From positions 34,648,236 through 34,712,235 of the forward strand of contig NC_090404.1 of the NCBI RefSeq assembly GCF_036365525.1: DNA of 64,000 bases, read 5' to 3'. The DNA comes from Heterodontus francisci (taxonomy: Eukaryota). Under the pieces are notes generated by a model. That model was not told the DNA's origin. It worked only from the letters and a program-made list of their open reading frames with translations, and did no database searches. Below, one piece after another: positions 11,199 to 20,582 of this stretch (its first letter is position 1; every line of letters begins with the position of its first letter). Position numbers and translations under genes: made by a program.

Positions 11199-11526
11199 CC
11201 AATGTTGCAAACATCACAGAAAAATCCTTCAGATATTCCAAGATATTGATTGAAAGATGCAGTAAATATGATTCAAATCATTGCCTCTATATTGGAATCC
11301 CATTAGACGTTTATAATTCTCAGCCACTCATACAAATCCTGGAGAAACATCAATGCTCTATTATGAATATGATGATAACAATTATAAAATAATCACCTCA
11401 ATGAATAAAGAAAAGGCTTTAATATACAAGCCAGTGTCTGACAGAGACAAGGAATATTTAACCATGAGGTTTCTTGGCCATTCAGAGGTTAATTTGCATT
11501 TTCTTCTTAATAAGAAGAGTGGGGAA

Positions 11527-11607
11527 AGTTTATGTATTGTGGGAATTCAAGATTCATTACTGTGGTGCATACGCAGTTACACAGTCACAGCGTTCAGTAC
11601 AAAAAGG
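11527..11607 (-). other. IgNAR: IgNAR D2 segment (coding 11565-11579, TAACTGCGTATGCAC) flanked by 12/22 RSSs
   Basis: V-side RSS: CACAGTC 11580-11586, 12 bp, ACAAAAAGG 11599-11607. J-side RSS: CACAGTA 11564-11558, 22 bp, ACATAAACT 11535-11527. Confidence 0.92.
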
Positions 11608-11796
11608 TCTCATGTACATCAATACAAGTGACTCAGGTCGAGACGCATGCTGCAATCCGGATTCCCGAAATAATACATTTTGCCAAGGTTTTCTGAGAAT
11701 GAAGAGTGTTATCCCTCCAAAATACTTAGTATCTACTCTTCATACTTCAGCATCAGAGAAATATTGCCCTTGTTCCAATGAAAATAGTGTTTTCAT

Positions 11797-11879
11797 AGTT
11801 TGTGAATGACAGGAACCAGCTCTTCGATTGCTGTGGCTACTGAAGTATCGACACAGTGGTACAGCCCAGTACAAAAACA
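11797..11879 (-). other. IgNAR: IgNAR D1 segment (coding 11836-11851, TCGATACTTCAGTAGC) flanked by 12/23 RSSs
   Basis: V-side RSS: CACAGTG 11852-11858, 12 bp, ACAAAAACA 11871-11879. J-side RSS: CACAGCA 11835-11829, 23 bp, TCACAAACT 11805-11797. Confidence 0.93.
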
Positions 11880-12068
11880 GGTTTACTTGCATAAATGTAA
11901 GTTCAACAGCGACTCTGCATATCCAACTGTCCCGTTTGGGGGTCTTTGCTGCGCGGTCTGTCACCAGCTATTTGCAAATCATCTCCAGTCTCAGAATCAA
12001 TGCTGCAAATTAAGTTTCAGTGAAAAGAGCGAAACAATTCGTATTTTCTTCCCTTGGAGATTGGAAAA

Positions 12069-12106
12069 TGTTTTTGTATTGGTGAACGCTCAGACACATT
12101 ACTGTG
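12069..12106 (-). other. V recombination signal sequence (22-bp spacer)
   Basis: CACAGTA 12106-12100, 22-bp spacer, ACAAAAACA 12077-12069, immediately after ...TAC TGC AAA GCG CAA GG. Confidence 0.95.
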
Positions 12107-12377
12107 CCTTGCGCTTTGCAGTAATAGGTGACACTGTCTTCAACTGTCAGGTCCTTGATTTGCAGAGAAAATGACTTTGCTCCCTTGTTGACTGATTCAA
12201 CATATCGTCCGCCAATCGTTATGCGTTCCCAATCTGTTGAACCCGGATTATTCCGGAACCAAGATGTGCCGTACAAACCACAGCTAGAATCAGTGAAGAC
12301 GCAGTTAATGGTCAGGGATTCGCCTGTCTCTCTCGTTGCCGTTCTTGGTGTTTGGTTCACTCTTGCAGTGAAGGCAT
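12107..12377 (-). CDS. IgNAR: IgNAR variable exon (germline VNAR, type II)
   Basis: Acceptor ttctccattcag|. Translation (N)AFT/ARVNQTPRTATRETGESLTINCVFTDSSCGLYGTSWFRNNPGSTDWERITIGGRYVESVNKGAKSFSLQIKDLTVEDSVTYYCKAQ has C22, W36 and C83, the CDR2 deletion typical of VNAR, and an extra Cys29 in CDR1. Confidence 0.98.
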
Positions 12378-12517
12378 CTGAATGGAGAAAAATATATTTA
12401 GTACATCGCTTGTCTGAAACAATACAAGAGTTTAAAGGTAAGACAATTTCCACAATGTCACACAGCCACGCAGTTTTATGCAATTAACATGTAATCTCTT
12501 TAATAAACAGCACTTAC

Positions 12518-12560
12518 TTGGTAACCAGGTTAAAAGGACCGAAACCCAAACAATATTCAT
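12518..12560 (-). CDS. IgNAR: IgNAR leader exon
   Basis: ATG at 12560; MNIVWVSVLLTWLP+A|gtaagtg; 140-nt phase-1 intron to the V exon gives signal peptide MNIVWVSVLLTWLPNAFT. Confidence 0.95.
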
Positions 12561-12654
12561 GGTTTGTTCACCAGCAGGGAACAATTTAAACAAAGTGAGC
12601 TCCAGACCTCAGCACTGACTGTTCTGTGTAACGGTGTGTGTCTGAACACCGACC

Positions 12655-12694
12655 TTATAAACCTGGGGAGACTAGGCTGATTTGCATAGGGCGG
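12655..12694 (-). promoter_or_regulatory. IgNAR V promoter: octamer, TATA and GC box
   Basis: Sense-strand ATGCAAAT at 12687-12680, TTTATAA at 12661-12655 (~95 bp before ATG), GGGCGG at 12689-12694. Confidence 0.85.
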
Positions 12695-13139
12695 CTTGAG
12701 AGACCATGAGCAGTGAGTATAACTCACCATGGGCTGTTGCATTTTGTTTCCCACATCCGTAGTCACACTGGAAAATCTGCATCCAATTAACATGAACAGT
12801 TCAGTAGATTTATATAGAACAGACTTCACGTTAGCTGTGTTGGGTTTGTTTGCATTCAAGCTGATCGCATTTCCATCCTTACTCAGTTTAAAGAAATGGT
12901 GATATGTTAATACTATAATAGTAACAGCATGTATATCAGCTTGACACAGCGAATGCAGTAAAAAGCGTTCTTTCAAATAATTACGACTGAAAACTCTAAT
13001 TCCTTTGCTGTGGCAAATGGAGCCGCAACCCCGCGGTTACCATGAGCCCCAAGTTTGGCATCCGCTGCATTAATAGAAACAGACCTGCAGCTTTGATTTG
13101 TGTTGTCATCTCTCGACATTTCATAACATAGTTTGCAAT

Positions 13140-15000
13140 GTATGTAGATTTTAAGAAAGTCGTTGAAAAGTTATTGCAGCTGACGTTACGTAAAGATTAA
13201 AAAGTTTAGAATTGAGAGGAGAGTAAACTGGATTGAAAGAGACTAGAAGAGAGAAAACAGAGAACTCATTATGTTAACAGTGGTTTGAAGTGGGCAGTGG
13301 TATCCCACAGGATTCATGTTCTCGGAACACTTACATCAATGATTTAGATCAAGGCCTAAAGAGAGTGTTAAGAAATTTAAATATAATGCCAAAATAATTA
13401 TTTAGAAGAACAAAGGGATAGTGATAAAATGGTGAATGGGCTGAAAAGTAGCAAATTGAAGTCAATATCAGTAAATATGAGTTGATGCATTTTTGCAAAA
13501 TAAAACAGTAATTATCTTCTGAATTGAAGTAAGCTTGGTGTTGTGGAATGGCAGAGTGATTTCAGGATAAAGGTTTAGAGGAAATTAAAGGAAGCACCTC
13601 AGGTTACTAAGGCTCTAAAATGCTAATGTGACTCCACGTTTTATCATAAGTGGTACAGACAGAGAAAACAAGAGATAATGATGAACCTATATAAAATCTT
13701 CATATACTTCAATTAGAGTATTATGTGCAGTATTCTGATGCACCGTATATTATGGATAATGAGGTTTCAAAGTTGTACTAGGATGTTGCCTGATATGAGG
13801 AAATGCAAATACTTGAAAATGGAGCCTTTTTTGTTTGAACAACTTCGAATATGCGTCCATATAATAGACATGATTAAAATTAGGAAGAAATGGGATAGGG
13901 GAGATGGGACAGGTTACATAGAAGCAGACTTATTTCAGTCACTGAGGAATCTAGAAGCAGGAGATTATATGTAAGGGATTTCAAACTGAGGGCAGAAGAG
14001 ACTTCTTCACACAGAGGGTTGTCAGGCTGTGTTATTCACTTCCTGGATTAGTGATTGATGCAGATACTATGTCAAAATTCACGATTAGATTGAATAACTG
14101 CATAAAGGAAAGTGGGTGAAGGGATGTGGAATTAAAGCGGGTAAATGCGATTCGAAATATTTACTTGCCCAGGGGTAAAGGACGATTCAGACTGGTTGAG
14201 CTAATAGTTTGCTATCTATAAATAACTTGGATCTGGAAATACAAAGTAGAATATTTTTAAAATGCTGATGACACCAAACCTGGTGGAGTGGAAAACAGTG
14301 AGGATGATAACAATCAACTACACAGGACATAGCTGGGCTGTTAGAATGGGCAGATAAGTGGCAGATGGAATTTAATACTGACAAGTGTGAGGTTGTGCAT
14401 TTTGGCAGGAGAAATAGGATGAGACAATATCGACTTATTGGCATAGTTCTAAAGCGTTTGAAGGGAGCAGGACACATTGAGAAAGTGGTTAGTAAAGTTT
14501 GTGGGATTTTGGGCTTCATAAATAGAGCTATGGAGTACAAAAACAGGGAAGTTATGCTGAGCCATTATAAAGTTCCGGATTTGGCGACAACTGGGCTGCG
14601 AAGGTCCTTGAAAGGGTGTGGAGGCGATTTCGCAAAATGTTTCCAGGGGTGAGGAAATTCAGCTAAAAGGTGAGGTTGGAAAAACTGGGGTCGTTCTCCT
14701 TGGAGCAAAGGAGATTGAGGGGAGATTTGATAGAAGTGGACAAGATTATCACAAGCTTACATAAGTTAGACAAGGAACAACTGTTCCCATTAATTGATGA
14801 TAATAGAACTAAAGGGCATGGAGTGAAGATTTTGGGCAAGAGTTGAAGTGAGAGTCTGAGGAAAAGCCTTTTACGTAATGAGCGATAATGACCTGGAACT
14901 CACTGCCCACGGCGGTGGTTGAAGCTGAGACAATCAATAACTTCAGAAGGAAATTGGATGGTCACTTGAAGGAAATAAACTTGCAGGGCCTGGGCATTGC
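13140..15000 (+). mobile_element. two decayed CR1 LINE 3' fragments in tandem
   Basis: ORF 14365-14652 MEFNTDKCEVVHFGRRN...GILGFINRAMEYKNREVML and 14888 WNSLP...VVEAETI are CR1 ORF2 C-terminal motifs; an older copy lies at 13140-14200. Confidence 0.8.
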
Positions 15001-17654
15001 AGAGGATGTAAATTTCTCTCAAGTCTGGAAAGACCATTGTGGACAATCTTTTCGGGAAATACCTTTACCAGTTAAAGCAACAGGATACTTGATTATTAAG
15101 TCCAGAAATTCTATTGACAGTAAAATAGTACTTAATAATTGGAAGTAAAATAGCACTGAACAAACTTGGGAATATAACTATACAGCTGTAGCAGTTGCAC
15201 AGACTGGTCGAGTTTTGTTGGAGAGTGATGCAGTCCTCTTCATTCATCTAGATCCCTCTTCAGATGGAGAACTTGGCTGATTATTTATGCCTCTATCGCC
15301 AAAGTTTTCTAGTGTTTCTGCGCAACGAAACCTTACAAGACCCCTGCTTTTAACCCCTGTGTGGTCAGCAGGTCATCTCAGAGTCAGGTTCGTGTAAAAC
15401 AATAATTGGCTCTAGCTGTTGCTAGGCAAATTTAATTGTTTGTTAATGATGTCTTCTCCTAACAGCCACCTGGTCTCAGAATCTCGGACATGAGTGGAAT
15501 TAAATGGTTTAATATTAAATCTGATTCTGATATTAAACAAGTTTTCTATTGATTAAAGCCAGACAATTGAAGGCCAAGATATGCCATCCAATGGACTTTA
15601 TCGGGGACCTGGAAAGGTCCATTGTTTGAATACATTTAGCTGAAACTGCTCTTTCCCACACAGAGACAGAAACTCATAGTAACTTGCTTCAATACACTTT
15701 AAATAAAAACACAGTCTTTCTAAAATGATGATTGATTCATTAATTATAACTCAATCAAGATTCATCACTTTAATAATCATTGGTTTTATGATGAGTAACA
15801 ATTTAATAATCAGTACAGGATACAAATGTTAGCACTGAGCACAAGGTAGCTTCTTTAGTCACGTGTTAATTACAAAATGGCTTCCTTGACCTTGTTAATC
15901 ATTCCAGTGGATACAGGATAAAAATGGTCAGGTTAAACTAAAATCTAACAACCCAAGCTTGTCTGCAAGGGGACTGGGAATGACTGGATTGATCAGCAGA
16001 AATCTGGCATGAACTCTATGTGAAGAATGGCCTCATTATGGTCGTAAATGACTATGACACATTGCGGGAGAGCACTCTGTGCAATACTTTGATTGTGTTA
16101 GCGAATTCCATAATTCTCCTCATTTGATGTCATCATCGAATTTCGTTACTTCGCATTGAGACTTTGGCTGTCTTTGTGTAACAGTGACATGACCTAGCAG
16201 ATTATGGATCCCTGCTGGTGAAAGGGAATTATTCATCCGACTATGTGCCTTACGATTAATGGGGCAGGTGATCTTCGTACCCGAAAGGTTTTCCAGCAGC
16301 TGTTAGTTGTGTTTATCTGATCAAGCGCTCTCCAACCATCTGTTGGCGTTCATACTCCTGGTCTATCTTCATGGATAATACACAATGACTCAGCTGCAAT
16401 CGCTCTGACTGAAGCAACATGCACTACATCCTGAAAAGGACCAAACCACGTTCCCGTTGGAAGGTATATGTGTAACCTTCCCTTGAGGGCAGAGGCGAGT
16501 TCTCTCTGAACCCTTCATGGTAGGCAAGTCTATCAGCCCTCAGTGCCTATTTTGAAAAGTTACTCTACAAATATTGGTCTCCCTGCAAAAGTCAAAAGTG
16601 CATTTTCTGCTGCTGCCCTGTGCACATGCTCTTCGAATGAAAACCGTGAAATTACGCTCCTTTTCGCGTTATTTTTTCCAGAAATTAATGGGCATTAAAC
16701 CACTGTCTGGAAATGCTTTGATGCACATTTGCCGATAATCTTCTCAAACAAATGTATTTGTGATCGATATTTGCTGGAATGTGGGTCCAGTGACAGAATT
16801 CACACCAAGGGAATGACCATGAAATCAAAAGTGGTGTTAACCAGTAGGGATCGTCATTCTGAATCTTGGTCATTTACTTAACCTGGCAGCATGCAAGTGT
16901 TAATCGATCACGGTAGAATTCACAGTGTGACAGTTATTTCCGATTTGATTATTACTGATATTAACTCAGTCTGATTTCGATGTCTGATACCAAAAGCATT
17001 CATTCTGCCTGACATCACCACCTGATATTAGTGTTAATGAAGTTGGTGAATTAGCATTTCGAGCATTTGGAAGCATTTCCACTTTTGTTGATTTAATTCA
17101 GACATTATTTAATTTATTTTACTCTTGTGAGCATTCCAATTAAGAAATGGAAAGAGGAATGTCACTGCGACGCATTTCCTATGCTCCTATCTTCAATACT
17201 AGTGCAAATTATTAACCATCTGTTAGCGTGGGAGTGCAACATCAAAGGTCGGGTTTGCCCCCGGCTATTTATAGACTGAGATTCTCATATAACTTTCAGG
17301 AAGTAAAACTAGGAGATGAGTCAATGAGTGCAGTTATACGACAGGTAGCAGTGTCAGATTACCACGGGTGGGCTGATGTTGAGCTGGCTGAGTCAGAGAC
17401 ATTGCCACCTGCACCTTAGCTCAAAGATCAGGGGGCAAAGCAACATTGCGTGAGCTCCATTCTCTGCGCAGATACTTTGCAATGTTAGGCTAAAGAGGAT
17501 GGGTGTTCCACATTTAAAGCAGTTGTCGTTAAACCCTTGCTTTGCATTGGGCTGTAGTTATATATTACCCGGAGCTGCTGGTTGGAGCTGGTTTTACAAC
17601 TCTTTAGTGTATTTCAATCTCACCAGCTGCAAACAGATTCCCGTCCATTAGATT

Positions 17655-19020
17655 TGTAAAAGGCAGATCGTACTTTACTAATCTAATTGTATATTTTGAT
17701 GAAGTAACTGAGAAGGTTAATGAAGGGAAAGCAATGCATATTGTCCATATGGGGATTTTAAGAAAGCCTTTTATAAATTACCACATAAAAGGCTGGTTAC
17801 CAAAACTAAGGCTCATGGAATAGAAGGGTCAGTGTTAGCTTGAATCAAAAATTGCCTCAAGGACAGAAAAAATCGAGTTGTGGATGGTGGGCAGTGGTGT
17901 TCTCCAATGTTCAGTGCCAGCAGCACTGTTTTTTTATATACGTAAATGGCTTGGGTATTAGAATACAGAGTAAAGGTTTCTACATTTGCTGATGCTACAA
18001 AACGTGGAGGTGTGACAGACAATGACATGATGACAATCAACTGCAACAGAACATCAATAGGCGAGCAGAATGGACAGACAAGTGGCAGATGGAATTTAAT
18101 ACAGAGATGTGATGTGATGCATTTTGGAAAAAAGGCATAGGAGAGGCAATATTACTAAATGGCACAGACTTCACTAGTGGGCAGTGACATGGGGGCACAG
18201 GTGTATCGATCTTTGAAGGTGGTAGGATGTATTGAGAGGGTGATTAGTAAAGCCAATGGGATTTAGAGTTTCATAAATAGAGACATTGAGGATAAAAGCA
18301 TGGTGATTATGTTGAACTATTATAAACATCTGGCTAGGCCACAACGAGAGAATTGTATCCAGTTCTGGTCACCACACTTTAGGAAGGATGTTCGAGTCCT
18401 TGAGAGGGTGCAGATGAGATTTATCAGAATAGTTTCAGGGAAGAGGGCACTTAACGACAAGGTTAGGTTGTTGAAGTGGGAGGCGGTGGTGTACTGGTAA
18501 TGTCATTGGACTAGTAGCCGGAGGCCCACTTTAATGCTCTGGGGTCATGAGTTCAATTCCCACCATGGCAAATGGTGAGATTTGATTTTAATTAATAAAA
18601 ATATCTGGAATTAAAAAAAAAACTAGTCTAATGGTGACCATGAAACCATTGTCGATTGTTGCAAAAACCCATCTGGTTCACTAACGTCCTTTAGGGAAGG
18701 AAATCTGCCGTCCTTATCCGGTTTGGCCTACATGTGACTCTAGACCCACAGCAATGTGATTGACTCTTAAAATGCCCTCGAAATGGCCCAGCAAGCCACT
18801 CAGTTTCTCAAGGGCAAATAGGGATGGGCAATAAATGTTGGTCGAGCCAGCGATGTCCACATCCCGTGAATGAATTTTTAAAAAAGCTGAAGTTGTGCTC
18901 ATTGGAGCAAAGGAGATTGATAGGAGATCTGACAGCAGAGGATAAGATTTTAATCGGTTTGGATAGTGCAGAAAGAGAAAGCTATTCCGATATCTGATGG
19001 CACAAGGAGTAGGGGACACA
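17655..19020 (+). mobile_element. decayed CR1 RT fragment interrupted by a SINE
   Basis: RPQRENCIQFWSPHFRKDVRVLERVQ motif; CR1 sequence resumes at ~18886 after the insertion. Confidence 0.75.
18478..18885 (+). mobile_element. tRNA-head SINE whose body and tail match the LINE family at 42750-45745
   Basis: A box tggtgtactgg and B box gagttcaattcc; tail agggcaaatagggatgggcaataaatg...cacatcccgtgaatgaa shared with the LINE 3' end. Confidence 0.75.
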
Positions 19021-19029
19021 GATGTTTTT

Positions 19030-19815
19030 TTACTTGTCTCATGGGATGTTGGCATTGCTGGCAAGGCCAGCATTTATTGACCATCCCTTATTTCCTTTGA
19101 GAGGTGATGGTGAGCCACATTCTTGAATTTCTGCTGTTCATCTGTTGTAAGTACACCCACCGTGCTGTTAGGGAGGGATTTCCAGGATTTTGAACCAGTA
19201 ACAGAGAAAGAACAGCGTAATATTTCCAAGTCAGAATGGTGTGTGGCTTGGAGAGGAACTTGCAGGTGACGGTGCTCGCACACGTCTGCTGTCCTTGTCG
19301 TTCTAGTTTGTAGAGGTCGTGGGTTTGGAAGGTGCTGTCGAAGGAGACTTGGTGAGTTGCTGCAGTGCCTGTTGTATATAGTCCACACTGCTGTTACTGT
19401 ACGTTGATGGTGGAGCGAGTAAATGTTGAAAGTGGTTGATGGGGTGCCGATCAAGCAGGCTGCTTCGTCCTGGATGGTGTTGAGCTTCCTGAGTGTTGTT
19501 GGAAATGCACGCATCCAAGCAAATGGAGATTATTCCATCACACTCCTGACTTGTGCCTTTTCGATATTGGACAGGCTTTGGGGAGTCAGGAGGTGGGTTA
19601 CATGCCGCAGAATTCCCAGCCTCTGACCTTCTCTTGTAGCCACAGTATGTATGTGGCTGGTCTAGATCAGTTTGTGATCTATGGTAACCCCAGGATGTTG
19701 ATACTGGAGGATTCAGCGATGGTAATTCTGTTGGATATGAAGTAGAGATGGTTTGATTCTCTCGTATTGTAGATCGTCATTGCCTGGCATTTGTGTGTCA
19801 TGAATATTACTTACT
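19030..19815 (-). mobile_element. 5'-truncated copy of the second CR1/L2-like LINE family
   Basis: ORF 19074-19514 is homologous to the C-terminus of ORF 42807-43772 and has the same 3' tail. Confidence 0.85.
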
Positions 19816-19849
19816 ATTCCTATTCAAAGGGAAAGGTTGCACCACAACA

Positions 19850-20190
19850 GGACTGGGACCTACATCCTCACGGGGAGATTCATTCGTGTCATTGGCGAGG
19901 GTTTAAACTGGATTGGCAGGGGAATGGGCACCAAAATAAAGCAACAGAAAAGAACACTAAGGTGCATATTGTGAGAGTGTTAGACAGTAGCAGGGAAGAG
20001 TATCGTTCTGTATTAGATGGGAGCAGAATGAAAAGTACGATGAAGAATGCAGTGACAGGATTACAATGCACAAAGTGTGGTGAATAAGGTTAGTGAGCTA
20101 CAAGCATAAATAGCAGTATTGGGGGTATGTTGTGGTGACAATAATGGAAAAATGACTGAAAATGCCGCTTAATATACAAGGATATCAAGT
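19850..20190 (+). mobile_element. old CR1 ORF1/ORF2 junction; continues at ~26555 after the ERV-containing interval
   Basis: gagggtttaaact...ggcagggg matches the ORF1 end/ORF2 start at 61980-62010. Confidence 0.6.
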
Positions 20191-20351
20191 ATAAGTGACT
20201 ACCAGCTGCTGTCTTTTCCCATGTATAGTGATAAGATCTAATCTATTCATAGCCTGATGTATGTATCGGAGTGGGGTGGGGGATGGGGGTACCAAATCTT
20301 ATATCCTCAATATCTGAAACAACGTTATCTACCAGGTACTGAACCAACATG

Positions 20352-20582
20352 TCACAGGCCCTTCCCTTTGCGTTCACAAACAAATGGAGGCAGATTAGTC
20401 CATCCTGCCATGATGTTCACTACGGTGTTGGACGCCCTCGAGTTGCTCCCTCCTTTCAGTCGTTTTGAGTACTGTCCTGGATGCAGGCAAGTGCTTCTGG
20501 GGATATTTACGGTGGGTGCCTCCCATGTTGCCACTGTTACCAGGAGGATGATCACCTTTACTGCTACCCACCGGGCTGCCAT
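20352..20582 (-). pseudogene. putative env N-terminal fragment of the ERV
   Basis: MAARWVAVKVIILLVTVATWEA... is signal-peptide-like, begins 16 nt after a strong acceptor, and stops after 76 aa. Confidence 0.45.

Noticed and set aside
12010-12483. 157-aa ORF taken as the V protein
   Set aside because: The N-terminal part is intron and the C-terminal part is RSS/spacer; the true exon is 12377-12107 with a separate leader exon.
16921-16960. Isolated CACAGTG heptamer
   Set aside because: No nonamer at 12 or 22/23 bp.
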